Below, piece by piece: positions 19,138-28,602 of a DNA stretch of 64,000 nt. A model generated the notes under the pieces. The model had not been told where the DNA came from. It was given only the letters and a program-made list of their open reading frames with translations, and ran no database searches. Within the stretch, counting starts at the first letter, position 1. Each line of letters opens with the position of its first letter. The translations under genes were made by a program, and so were the position numbers. Source of the stretch: Thermoplasmata archaeon (lineage in GTDB: Archaea > Thermoplasmatota > Thermoplasmata > RBG-16-68-12); NCBI GenBank assembly GCA_035636595.1, contig DASPYU010000016.1, positions 193,518 to 257,517 on the forward strand. The letters are read 5' to 3'.

Positions 19138-19665
19138 ATGGCGATCTTCGGATTGAGCCTGTATACGTGGGTCATGATCGCGTTCCTCCTATTGCTCGTG
19201 CTCACGCTGATCCTCGGCGACATTGGAGGGCTGGACTTCGATCACGACATCGGCCTCGATGTCGACACGGGACTGAGCCCGCTGAGCCTGCCGATCATCG
19301 CGTCGTTCGGGACGGCGTTCGGGGGCTTCGGGACGATCCTCGAGGTGCTGGGCTTCGGAGAGCTACTCACGCCCCTCCTCGCGGCGGTCTTCGCAATCCT
19401 CGTCGCGGGCGGGATGTACGTCGTCATGCTGAACCTGTTTGTGAAGAGCCAGGCGGAGACGCGCGTGGACCTGGCCGCTCTGGTCGGCTACAAGGGCCAG
19501 GTCATGATCCCCGTGCGGCCCGGGCAGCCGGGGCAGATCGTCGTCGTGACGCCGGCGCGAGGGCGCACTTTGCTTCAGGCGATCGCCGAGGAGCCGATCG
19601 GCACGGATGAGCACGTCGTCGTCGATTCAATCGTAGGGAATTCGGTCAAAGTGCACAAGGTCTAG
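19138..19665 (+). CDS. NfeD-like membrane protein (flotillin partner, C-terminal OB-fold)
   Basis: 175 aa. N-terminal TM helices, C-terminal GYKGQVMIPVRPGQPGQIVVV...VVVDSIVGNSVKV beta-rich domain. 4 nt after the upstream gene and 11 nt before flotillin. Confidence 0.75.
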   Translation: MAIFGLSLYTWVMIAFLLLLVLTLILGDIGGLDFDHDIGLDVDTGLSPLSLPIIASFGTAFGGFGTILEVLGFGELLTPLLAAVFAILVAGGMYVVMLNLFVKSQAETRVDLAALVGYKGQVMIPVRPGQPGQIVVVTPARGRTLLQAIAEEPIGTDEHVVVDSIVGNSVKVHKV

Positions 19666-19676
19666 GAGGGAGAGCG

Positions 19677-21152
19677 ATGGCGGGAGAGGACATTATTGGA
19701 TTCGTCGTTCTGGCGATTGTGGGCGTCGTGTTCGGGACCGTCCTCGCGTATGCGAGCCGGTACAAGAAAGTCCCACCGAACATGGCGATGGTCATCTACG
19801 GACGGAAGCAGGGGGCGTCGGGAGGCCGCGGATACCAGGTCAAGTCCGGCGGCGCGAAGTTCATCGTCCCGATCTTCGAGTCGGTCGAGTGGCTCCGGCT
19901 CGACGTGCGGACGCTGGACCTCGTCGTCACGGACATCGTGACGGACGTCAAGCGATCCGGGGCCAAGATCAACATCAAGGCGGTGGCCCAGGTCAAGATC
20001 TCGTCCGACGAGGCGACCCTCGACACGGCAGCGGAGAACCTCCTCGGGAAGACGGAGCAGCAGATCGACGAGATCGCGCTGAAGACCCTCGAGGGCCACG
20101 TCCGTGGCGTGTGCGCCACCCTGACGGTCGAGGAGGTCAACTCGGACCGCGACGCGATCGCGTCGAAGATCCTCGGGATGGCGGGGAACGACCTCCGGAA
20201 CATGGGGATCGAGATCCGGTCGTTCGTGATCAAGGAGATCGAGGACGCGATGGGCTACCTGGACGCCCTCGGAGTCAAGCGGACGGAGGAGGTCAAGCGG
20301 GACGCGCGGATGGGCAAGGCGGGCGCGAACCGAGAGGCGACCATCGCGGAAGCCCAAGCGGCGCAAGAAGCGGAACGGGCGAACGCGAGCGCGGAAGCGA
20401 ACGTCGCCCAGTTCCACCGGGACCGAGACATCATCAAGCAACAGTCCGAGGCGACCGTCGAGTTCGAGCGCGCCAACAAAGAAATCGCGTTCCAGCTCCA
20501 GACGGCGAAGCGGCAACAGGAGCTGATCGTCGAGCAGCGGAAGATCGATATCCGGGCGAAGGAACAAGAGGTCCTCGTCCAGGAACAGGAGGTCCGCAGG
20601 CGGGAGCAGGAGCAGATGGCGGCCCAGGTCGTGCCATCGAGGATGCAGGCGGATGCGATGGCAGCCCTCGCGGACGGGGAGAAGCGGAAGCTCATCCTGA
20701 CCGCGGAAGGGGAGAAGGAACGGGCGATCCTCGTATCCGAAGGCGAGCGCGAACGGCTCTCGCGGACCGCCGCGGGGGAGGCGGAGCGGATCCGCCAGGA
20801 GGGCACCGCGGAGGCGGACATCATCCGGCTTAAGGGCGAAGCCGAGGCCTACGCGATCAAGGCGACCGGCCTCGCGACCGCCGAGGCCATGCGCGCGAAG
20901 GCGGAGGCCTGGGAGCAGTACGGCCGCGCGGCGATCACGCAGCTCATCGTCGAGAAGCTTCCGGAGATCGTGGCGAACGCCGCGAAGTCGCTCGAGACGA
21001 CCCAGAAGCTGATCATCATGGGCGAACGCGGACCCGCCCAGCTCGTCGGGAGCGTCGTGGACATCGCCGCGACGGCCCCGGCCCTGGTGAAAGCCCTGAC
21101 CGGAATGGACCTCTCCGAGCTCGCGGGGAAGCTCAAGGACATCTCGAAGTGA
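19677..21152 (+). CDS. flotillin / SPFH (band 7) domain protein
   Basis: 491 aa. N-terminal TM helix, SPFH domain, long Ala/Glu/Arg-rich coiled-coil repeats (EAERIRQEG...), flotillin C-terminus. GGAGGG SD. The 549-aa antisense ORF is an artefact. Confidence 0.9.
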   Translation: MAGEDIIGFVVLAIVGVVFGTVLAYASRYKKVPPNMAMVIYGRKQGASGGRGYQVKSGGAKFIVPIFESVEWLRLDVRTLDLVVTDIVTDVKRSGAKINIKAVAQVKISSDEATLDTAAENLLGKTEQQIDEIALKTLEGHVRGVCATLTVEEVNSDRDAIASKILGMAGNDLRNMGIEIRSFVIKEIEDAMGYLDALGVKRTEEVKRDARMGKAGANREATIAEAQAAQEAERANASAEANVAQFHRDRDIIKQQSEATVEFERANKEIAFQLQTAKRQQELIVEQRKIDIRAKEQEVLVQEQEVRRREQEQMAAQVVPSRMQADAMAALADGEKRKLILTAEGEKERAILVSEGERERLSRTAAGEAERIRQEGTAEADIIRLKGEAEAYAIKATGLATAEAMRAKAEAWEQYGRAAITQLIVEKLPEIVANAAKSLETTQKLIIMGERGPAQLVGSVVDIAATAPALVKALTGMDLSELAGKLKDISK

Positions 21153-21342
21153 GGGCGTGGTGAGCCCGCAGGCCGAGTGGTCGATCGGGAAGGATCCCGA
21201 CATCCTAATCGATATTTGGTCGACCTCGGCCTTGATCGAAGCGGTCCTCGAGGCCCTCCTCGAGGAACCGGAGAAGCTCGAGCTCGCGCTCCGAGCGCTG
21301 CGCCCCGCCAATCCGGCGTGAGTCGGAGAACCGGCCTTCGGC

Positions 21343-21582
21343 CTAGAGGTTCATCACGACGACGTCTTTCACGGCCCGCATGCCCTGGAACGGCAAGATG
21401 AGCCGACCCTCGGGGTCCGTCTTCATGCCTTTCGTCGGCACGTTCTCCGCCGGCAGCACGAGGACGTCGGACAGCTTCCCGCTCTTCGTGTTCACAATGA
21501 AGTTCTCGATCGTCCCCAGGATTTGACCGTCGTTCGTCATCACGGTCTTGCCCCGGAGCTCCGTGGCAAACTTCTTCATCCC
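21343..21582 (-). CDS. PRC-barrel domain protein
   Basis: 79 aa from ATG 21582: MKKFATELRGKTVMTNDGQILGTIENFIVNTKSGKLSDVLVLP...ILPFQGMRAVKDVVVMNL. The track's 279-aa upstream extension is Arg-rich junk. Confidence 0.7.
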   Translation of the reverse strand, partial: GMKKFATELRGKTVMTNDGQILGTIENFIVNTKSGKLSDVLVLPAENVPTKGMKTDPEGRLILPFQGMRAVKDVVVMNL

Positions 21583-21692
21583 ATCACCCGCATCGATGAG
21601 GCCCCGCCCCGGCACCGCCGCGACGGGATCCCATCCCTTGTCCGACAGACATCTGACGCGCGCTATAAGAAGATTCCGCCGCGATGGCCCAA

Positions 21693-22349
21693 TTACATGG
21701 AGGGCCGCTCGACCTGAGGCCGCGAGGGCGCCATCGCCCGCACGCTCTTCAGATACGGAATGCCCGCCCCGACGATCCCGAGGACGACGGAAGCCAGGAG
21801 GAGCCACCATCCCGCGCCCGCTCCCCATGACAGTTGCGTCGGGCCGGTGTTCGTGCTCCCCCAGAAGCCGCTGACCGTAAACGTGCCGAGGTCGGTCGTG
21901 GCGGCTCCGGGGATCGCGACGACCGGATAGAAAATCGCGAGCAGGCCCACGCCGACGACGAGCAGGCTGATCACGAGGAGCCCCAGCGTCGGCATGTTGC
22001 GTCCGATGGAGAAGGAGAACAGCGCGAACACGACGACGGCGAGGAGGATGAAGAGCGCGTCCAGGATGTAGGAGATGCCGAGGACACCGGCGACTGCGTC
22101 GAAACCACTCGAGGCGTACGGCACGATCGTGGTCCGTGTCCACGCGCCGCCCTGGTAGCGGTCCGAGGCCATCGTGGTCCACGAGAACGAGGTGACGTCC
22201 CGGACGTTGCCCGTGGCGTCACCGAGGGACCAGAAGGGCAGCGCGAGGGCGAGGAGAGCGAGGAGGACCGAAAAGCCGAGGGCAAGCCGCGAAGGGCCGA
22301 GACGCCACGCGCGGTCGACCCAGGTCCGCAATTCCGCAATCGGGTGCAT
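21693..22349 (-). CDS. hypothetical integral membrane protein
   Basis: 218 aa with about 5 TM helices and a Trp/Gly-rich tail. Confidence 0.5.
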   Translation of the reverse strand: MHPIAELRTWVDRAWRLGPSRLALGFSVLLALLALALPFWSLGDATGNVRDVTSFSWTTMASDRYQGGAWTRTTIVPYASSGFDAVAGVLGISYILDALFILLAVVVFALFSFSIGRNMPTLGLLVISLLVVGVGLLAIFYPVVAIPGAATTDLGTFTVSGFWGSTNTGPTQLSWGAGAGWWLLLASVVLGIVGAGIPYLKSVRAMAPSRPQVERPSM

Positions 22350-22404
22350 CGACCCCGCAAGATGAGGGGTGGATAAAAAGAGTCCGTCCTGATTTCGCGC
22401 CCGC

Positions 22405-24618
22405 TCAGCGGTACAGGACGCTCTCTTCGCGCTTCCGTTCGACGCCCTTCTTGAAGCGCTTGTCGAATTCCTCGTAGAACTTGATCGTGTCCGCGTCGAT
22501 GCTCGGACGGACGACCTTGATCGCCTCTTGGAAATGCGTCGTCGTCACGCGCTTCGCGTGCTTGCTCTCGCGGAGGGCGATCATCGCCGCCTCGCGGCAC
22601 AGCCCTTCGATGTCCGCGCCGGAGTAGCCGTCGAGATCGACCGCGAGCTCTTCCAGGTCGACGCCGTCGAGGGGCATCGTCCTCGTGTGGACCTTGAGAA
22701 TCGCGAGCCGCGCGTCCCTGTTCGGCGTGGGCACGAGCAGGATCCGGTCGAACCGGCCGGTGCGCAACATCGCGGGGTCGAGCCGGTCCGGCCGGTTCGT
22801 CGCGCCGATCACGACGACGCCTTCGAGGGACTCGAGTCCGTCCATCGACGTGAGCAGTTGGTTTACGACCCGCTCGCTCACGCCGCTGTCCGTGTCGAAC
22901 CCTCGGACGTGGGCGATCGCATCGAGCTCGTCGAGGAAGACGATGCACGGGGCGACCTGTTTCGCCTTCTTGAAGATCATCCGCACGGCCTTCTCCGACT
23001 CCCCGACCCATTTCGACATGACCTCGGGGCCCTTGATCGAGATGAAGTTCGCCTCGGACTCCGTCGCGACCGCCTTCGCGAGGAGCGTCTTGCCGCTTCC
23101 GGGCGGGCCGTACAACAGGATGCCGCGCGGCGGCCGGATGCCCATCCGTTTGAACGCATCCGGATCCTTCAAGGGCATCTCGACGGCCTCGCGCAGTTTC
23201 ATCTTGACGTCCTCGAGGCCACCGACGTCGGACCAGTTCACGCGGGGAACCTCGACGAGGACCTCGCGCATCGCGCTCGGCTCGACCTCTTTCAACGCCT
23301 GTTTGAAGTCGTCCGATAGGACGCGCATCTTCTCGAGCGTCTCGGCGGGGATCGGCTTGTCCAGATCGATATCCGGGAGGTACCGGCGGAGGGCCTTCAT
23401 CGCCGCCTCGCGTGCGAGCGCCGCCAGGTCGGCACCGACGAATCCGTGGCAGACGTCCGCGAGTTCGGAGAGGAGGTGATCGCGTTCGTCCTCGCCGCCC
23501 TCGATGGGCATGCCGCGCGTGTGAATCTGGAGGACCTCCTTGCGCCCCATGCGGTCCGGCACGCCGATTTCGATCTCGCGGTCGAACCGGCCGGGGCGAC
23601 GGAGCGCGGGGTCGATCGCCTCATCGCGGTTCGTCGCGCCGATGACGATGACCTGGCCGCGGCCCGAGAGGCCGTCCATCAGCGTCAGGAGTTGAGCGAC
23701 CACGCGCCGCTCGACTTCGCCCGTGACCTCCTCGCGCTTCGGGGCGATCGAGTCGAGTTCGTCGATGAACAGGACGCTCGGCGCGTTCTTCTGCGCCTCC
23801 TCGAACTTCTCCCGGAGACGCTCTTCACTTTGACCGTAGTACTTCGACATGATCTCCGGGCCCTGGATTGAATAGAAGTTCGCGCCCGCCTCGTTCGCGA
23901 CGGCCTTCGCGATCAGCGTCTTGCCGGTCCCCGGCGGTCCGTACAGCAGGACCCCTTTCGGCGGATCGATCCCGAGGCGCTCGAACAATTCCGCGTGCTT
24001 GAGCGGGAGCTCGATCATCTCGCGGACCTTCATCAGCTCCTCCTTCAGGCCGCCGATGTCCTCGTACGTCACCGTGGGCGTGAGGACCTCGCCCTCGCGG
24101 ACGGGCTCTTCTTTCATCTCGATGATCGTGTCGTCCTGAATCTGCACGATCCCCTTGGGAGCGGTACTGATGACCATGAACGGCAGGGCGCCACCCATGA
24201 GCGCGATGCCCGGCACGATGACCACGTCGCCCTTGTTGAGCGGTCGCTTGAGCAGCCCGCGTTTCACGAAGTTCTCGATTCCCTGACCGAACGAGATCTT
24301 GTGGCCTTCGCTGATGATCGGCGCAATCGTGATGCGCTCCGCGGGCAGGACCTCGGCCTTGCGAACTTCGACCTTGTCACCGAGGCTCACGCCGACGTTC
24401 CGGCGGACCAGACCGTCGATGCGGATGATGCTCTTGCCTTCGTCCTCCTGCATTACGCGGAACAACTTCGCCGCGGTGGACTTCTTGCCGATGATCTGGA
24501 TGATCTCGCCGACGTCGACGCCGAGCGCCACGCGGGTCTTCGTGTCCACTCGCGCACGTCCCAGACCCACGTCCGACTGGGGAGCTTCAGCGACCTTGAG
24601 CACGAGGCGCTCGGTCAC
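22405..24618 (-). CDS. cdc48: Cdc48/VAT-type AAA+ ATPase (two AAA domains plus N domain)
   Basis: 737 aa. Two Walker A ([16 protein letters not shown]), Walker B (DELDS, DELDA), second region of homology, double-psi N-domain. Confidence 0.95.
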   Translation of the reverse strand: MTERLVLKVAEAPQSDVGLGRARVDTKTRVALGVDVGEIIQIIGKKSTAAKLFRVMQEDEGKSIIRIDGLVRRNVGVSLGDKVEVRKAEVLPAERITIAPIISEGHKISFGQGIENFVKRGLLKRPLNKGDVVIVPGIALMGGALPFMVISTAPKGIVQIQDDTIIEMKEEPVREGEVLTPTVTYEDIGGLKEELMKVREMIELPLKHAELFERLGIDPPKGVLLYGPPGTGKTLIAKAVANEAGANFYSIQGPEIMSKYYGQSEERLREKFEEAQKNAPSVLFIDELDSIAPKREEVTGEVERRVVAQLLTLMDGLSGRGQVIVIGATNRDEAIDPALRRPGRFDREIEIGVPDRMGRKEVLQIHTRGMPIEGGEDERDHLLSELADVCHGFVGADLAALAREAAMKALRRYLPDIDLDKPIPAETLEKMRVLSDDFKQALKEVEPSAMREVLVEVPRVNWSDVGGLEDVKMKLREAVEMPLKDPDAFKRMGIRPPRGILLYGPPGSGKTLLAKAVATESEANFISIKGPEVMSKWVGESEKAVRMIFKKAKQVAPCIVFLDELDAIAHVRGFDTDSGVSERVVNQLLTSMDGLESLEGVVVIGATNRPDRLDPAMLRTGRFDRILLVPTPNRDARLAILKVHTRTMPLDGVDLEELAVDLDGYSGADIEGLCREAAMIALRESKHAKRVTTTHFQEAIKVVRPSIDADTIKFYEEFDKRFKKGVERKREESVLYR

Positions 24619-24700
24619 ATCGCTTCGAACTCGCCCTTGTTATTTCAAGGTTGCCATCCGATAATCGAACCTCGGATTTCGGGACCGGGCAACGCCCGAA

Positions 24701-25618
24701 TCACGATGGCGTGCGTCGCTCGCGGACCTCGCTCGACTGATGCACGACGAGGTCCTTCGCCTCGACGACGTCGATGCGGCAGTGTGGGCCGATCCGGACT
24801 TCGTCGCCCTTCACGAGAGCCGCGGTCGTCGCCTCGAGTTCGATCTCCTCGCCCTCGATTCGCTCCGACGTCAGCTCGCCCCGCACGCGGAAGAACCCGC
24901 CGGTCGCCTTGACGCGAATCTCCTCGGCCTCGATCGTGGGGATCTTCGAGGTGCCGCCGAGATCGATGCTGACCTCCTCCGCCTTCAGGCCGCCGTCGAT
25001 CCGCACGGATCCGCTCGAGTGGAACTCCTCGACCTCGACCTTGCCGCGGACCTGCAGCGAACCGCTCGACGAGATCTCGTCGCCGAGGATATCCCCCTCG
25101 ACCTGGAGGGAACCGCTTGCCTCGATCTCATCCGCCTTGAGGCGGCCCGCGATTCGCGACGAGCCCGCGGATCGGAACTCGGACACGGTCACATCGCCTT
25201 CGAACGAGCACGAGCCTGCGACCCGTGCGACTTCCGCCTCGAGGGACCCCTGGACCTTCCCGCTGCCCGCAGCCTTGAAGTCGACCGTGCGGACCGGGTT
25301 GCCGGTCACGATCCCCGAGCCCGTGATCCGAATCTCCTCATCGCTCAGCTTGGCGCCGATGCCGGAAAACTCAACGGCGCGCATGGCCTCTCCGACGGCG
25401 CGGACGGCTTCCTCCGCGGCGTGGCCGGCGTCCTGTGTGGCCTGCGCCACCGCGGCGCCGATTGTCGAGCCGAGATCCGACATCGTCGGCGGCGGGGATT
25501 CCTCCGGTTCGTCGGGCTCCGACTCGTACCGGGCCTTGATCTCGAGATACGTCTTCTCGGAGATCTCACCGCGAGCCAGACGCTCCTCGAGCCGTCGCAG
25601 GATGTCCTTCCGCTTCAT
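24701..25618 (-). CDS. SHOCT-domain / bactofilin-like (polymer-forming cytoskeletal repeat) protein
   Basis: From ATG 25618: MKRKDILRRLEERLARGEISEKTYLEIKARYE (SHOCT-like). Then repeated G-S-x-xV/I beta-strand modules (ITGSGIVTG, AAGSGKVQG, SSGSLQVRG, SSGSVRIDG) typical of bactofilin/DUF4097-type solenoids. The track start 25774 adds 52 poorly conserved residues. Confidence 0.65.
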   Translation of the reverse strand: MKRKDILRRLEERLARGEISEKTYLEIKARYESEPDEPEESPPPTMSDLGSTIGAAVAQATQDAGHAAEEAVRAVGEAMRAVEFSGIGAKLSDEEIRITGSGIVTGNPVRTVDFKAAGSGKVQGSLEAEVARVAGSCSFEGDVTVSEFRSAGSSRIAGRLKADEIEASGSLQVEGDILGDEISSSGSLQVRGKVEVEEFHSSGSVRIDGGLKAEEVSIDLGGTSKIPTIEAEEIRVKATGGFFRVRGELTSERIEGEEIELEATTAALVKGDEVRIGPHCRIDVVEAKDLVVHQSSEVRERRTPS

Positions 25619-25950
25619 CGGCTCCACCAGAGAGTGTGGCTCGTCGCGAAATACGTTTGCGTTCCGACGGGCGAATCGAATCGGCTCTCGGCAATCGGGC
25701 CGAGCGATCCGGGCCGCACCGGCGGCTTCGTTCCGGGGCTGTGCATCGAGAGGCGTGCAAGCGAGTCGGTCCAACCCGCTTCCTTCGTGCCGAACATGCT
25801 GAGTTCATCGGCCGCGCGTTATTTATACAAACTTCGCGAATAAAAATGTTAACATCCGCCGCGGTCTCGACATCTTCTCCCTGGGAGGAGATGACGTCGG
25901 AGCCGGAGCGGAAGAACGTTGAAGTAGCCTGAAAGGACTCGCCCGCGGGG

Positions 25951-26364
25951 ATGGCGGAGCTCCTGGAGCTCATCCGGATTGCGGCCTCCGAGACGCGCCG
26001 CCAGATCCTGCGGTTGCTCCAGCAAGGGTTCGACCATCCGGAAGACCTCGCGAAGAAACTGAAGATGCGCCGTACGTCGGTTGACAAGCAACTCGCGGAG
26101 CTGTTCTCGTGGGGACTCGTCGACCGCGCGGCGGTGTTCCCGCCTGCCGGGCGTCCTCGCATCGTGTATCAAGTGACGCAGCGTGGGCGGGACCTCCTCG
26201 ACCTGCTTGAGCGGGTCGTGAAGGAATACACGGCCGGGTTCCGGACGGACTTTGAGCGGGAACTCGAGGCACTCGAGGCGAAGCTCGCGGCGGGAGAAAT
26301 CGCGGAAGAGATGTACTTCAAGCGCAGGAAGGAGCTCGAAGTACGGTACGACCTAGCGCTCTGA
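25951..26364 (+). CDS. winged-helix (ArsR-like) transcriptional regulator with C-terminal SHOCT-like helix
   Basis: ASETRRQILRLLQQGFDHPEDLAKKLKMRRTSVDKQLAELFSWGLV HTH. C-terminal GEIAEEMYFKRRKELE resembles a SHOCT motif. Divergent from the SHOCT-bactofilin gene. Confidence 0.65.
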   Translation: MAELLELIRIAASETRRQILRLLQQGFDHPEDLAKKLKMRRTSVDKQLAELFSWGLVDRAAVFPPAGRPRIVYQVTQRGRDLLDLLERVVKEYTAGFRTDFERELEALEAKLAAGEIAEEMYFKRRKELEVRYDLAL

Positions 26365-27111
26365 GCCGCGTTCCTTTCGACGCGCACGGGCGATCGCCTC
26401 GTCGAGGGACAACTCGCCGCGGGCGACCGCGTCGGCGAGTTCCGAGGAGATCGTCACGACGCCGCCGCTGTCGAGGCGCGATCGCCGTTGGATCTCTCGG
26501 ACCTCCCCCGGGGTGGGTCGGATTTCCACCGGAGGCACGACGCGCTGACCCGGCGTCCGTGCGATGTCGATCGCCGCATCGACGTCCGGTTGCGGGCTCC
26601 GATGCGTCGTGCCCGCCTCGTCGACGATCTCCACGCGGAGCCCGTCCCGCGCGAGCGCGTTCAGAATCCGGTTCCGGTTCGTCGGGTCGCCGTGACCCAC
26701 GCGCACCCGGACGTCCTTCGCAGGGAAGGTCCGCACCGCCTGGTGGATGTGGAACGCGACCGCTTCGGGGCTCGCGGCCACTCGCGTATCGATCACCTCC
26801 CCGTCACCGACGATCGCGATCCCCGGCTCCCGACCCGGGTCCACGCCGATTCGCAGCTCCCGCCACTCCGTCTTGCCCTTGAGCAGTTGGAGCGCCTTCG
26901 CGACGGACGCATCGATGTCGTCCACCGGGACGACGTGGGGGAAACGGACCTTCGGGGCTTCCGCGATCGACGTCAGAATCGCCCCGACGGACTCCGGGAT
27001 CCGTCGCGCGAAGGACAGGCTCGCGAACGGGACGTCGCGCGCCTTGAGGGCGGCCACGAGATCGTGGTACAGCCGGAAGTCTTCCGTCAGGATCCCGAGG
27101 ACTCTTCGCAT
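26353..27111 (-). CDS. RNase H-fold (YqgF/RuvC-like) domain protein with N-terminal alpha/beta domain, hypothetical
   Basis: 252 aa. IGVDPGREPGIAIVGDGEVID resembles the YqgF/RuvC resolvase N-terminal motif. Converges on and overlaps the HTH gene by 12 nt. Confidence 0.45.
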   Translation of the reverse strand: MRRVLGILTEDFRLYHDLVAALKARDVPFASLSFARRIPESVGAILTSIAEAPKVRFPHVVPVDDIDASVAKALQLLKGKTEWRELRIGVDPGREPGIAIVGDGEVIDTRVAASPEAVAFHIHQAVRTFPAKDVRVRVGHGDPTNRNRILNALARDGLRVEIVDEAGTTHRSPQPDVDAAIDIARTPGQRVVPPVEIRPTPGEVREIQRRSRLDSGGVVTISSELADAVARGELSLDEAIARARRKERGSER

Positions 27112-27395
27112 TCTGGGGTCGCGGAACCCGGCGCGGACGGATAATTCTTCCTCGGACGGTGCGTTTTCAGAAATGATTCACACATCTGATTTTCGAGTCG
27201 GAAGCGTGACATATCCAGCTTCCGCATCGTGTCAAGGGAGGAGATACATATCCTGCAGGATCAAGTCGCGCCGGAACTCGATGCGAAGGGCTTGCTACTC
27301 CGTGATGCACTGGCGATTCTCACCGTGGTCGGCGCCCTGGTCGCGTTCTACGGCATGATTAAACTCGTCTCGTTCCTGGCGGGAAGTCCTTCTCC

Positions 27396-28574
27396 CTAAG
27401 GCGCCCGGAACCGGTCGAACACGCCCCGATGGTTTCCGTCGCCCTCGCGTGACGGTCGAAGTTGTTCCAGCAGCCGCCGCTCCTCCGCCGTGAGTCGCGT
27501 CGGCGTGACGACGATCACCCGCACGAGTTCGTCCCCTTTTCCGCCGCCCTGGAACCGGGGCAGCCCCTTCCCGCGAAGGCGGAGCACGGTGTGGCTCTGG
27601 ACCCCCGCCGGGATGCGGAGCCGCGTCGTCCCGTCGAGGGTCGGCACCTCGACTTCCGCGCCCAGCGCCGCCTGGGCGAAGCTGATCGGAACGTCGAGGA
27701 GGAGGTCGTCGCCGTCGCGAGAGAATCGCTCGTGCGGGGCGATGTGGACGAGGACGTACAGGTCGCCGGGGGGTGCGCCGGCATCCCCCGCGAGCCCCCG
27801 CCCAGGGACACGCAGTTGGACGCCGTCCGGCACGCCCGGCGGGATCTCGACCGCGATCGTGCGGTCCTCCGTGATCCGGCCTTGGCCCCCGCAGCGGCGG
27901 CAAGGGGCCTTCGGCCATTGGCCGCGCCCGTTGCACTTCGGACACGTCGTGATCGTGATGAACTGGCTGTATCCGCGGCGCTGGGCGCTGCTCACCTGGC
28001 CCCGGCCGCCGCACGTCGGGCACGTGACGAGTTCCTCGCCCTCCGCCCCCGTACCCCGGCATGCCGGGCAGGTCATCGGATAGTGGACCGTGAGCTCCTT
28101 CCGGCCGCCCTTCGCGACCTCGTCGAGGGCGAGCTCCACCTCGACGCGGGTGTCGCGACCCGGCGCCGGCCCCCGGCGACGGCCGACCGCGGCGCTACCC
28201 CCGAAGAACTGCTCGAACAGGGAGCCGCCGAATCCGCCCGAGGCTCCGAAGATCGATTCGAAGAAGTCCCGGCCGAAAATGTCTTCGACGTCTGAGGCGT
28301 GCGTGAAGCGGGACCAGTCGAACCCTTGGCCGCCCCAGACCCGCTGCTTCAGGCCCTCCGCGCCGAGCTCGTCGTAGATCCGGCGCTTCTCGTCGTCCGC
28401 CAGGACCTCGTAGGCCTCGGAGACTTGCTTGAACTTCTCTTCCGCGGCTTTCGGATTCTCCCGGTTCAGGTCGGGATGGTATTTCTTCGCCATCTTGCGG
28501 TAGGCGCGCTTGATTTCGTCCTTCGACGCCCCTCGCGGGACGCCGAGGACCTCATAGTAGTCGGCGTCGGCCAT
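27396..28574 (-). CDS. dnaJ: molecular chaperone DnaJ
   Basis: J domain with HPD (KKYHPDLN), G/F-rich linker, four CxxCxGxG zinc-finger repeats. Confidence 0.95.
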   Translation of the reverse strand: MADADYYEVLGVPRGASKDEIKRAYRKMAKKYHPDLNRENPKAAEEKFKQVSEAYEVLADDEKRRIYDELGAEGLKQRVWGGQGFDWSRFTHASDVEDIFGRDFFESIFGASGGFGGSLFEQFFGGSAAVGRRRGPAPGRDTRVEVELALDEVAKGGRKELTVHYPMTCPACRGTGAEGEELVTCPTCGGRGQVSSAQRRGYSQFITITTCPKCNGRGQWPKAPCRRCGGQGRITEDRTIAVEIPPGVPDGVQLRVPGRGLAGDAGAPPGDLYVLVHIAPHERFSRDGDDLLLDVPISFAQAALGAEVEVPTLDGTTRLRIPAGVQSHTVLRLRGKGLPRFQGGGKGDELVRVIVVTPTRLTAEERRLLEQLRPSREGDGNHRGVFDRFRAP

Positions 28575-28602
28575 AGCGCGCGCTTCCGCTCATGAAGACC
28601 GC

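Noticed and set aside
19662-21311. 549-aa minus-strand ORF
   Set aside because: Antisense to the NfeD/flotillin genes. Low-complexity Arg/Leu/Asp composition.
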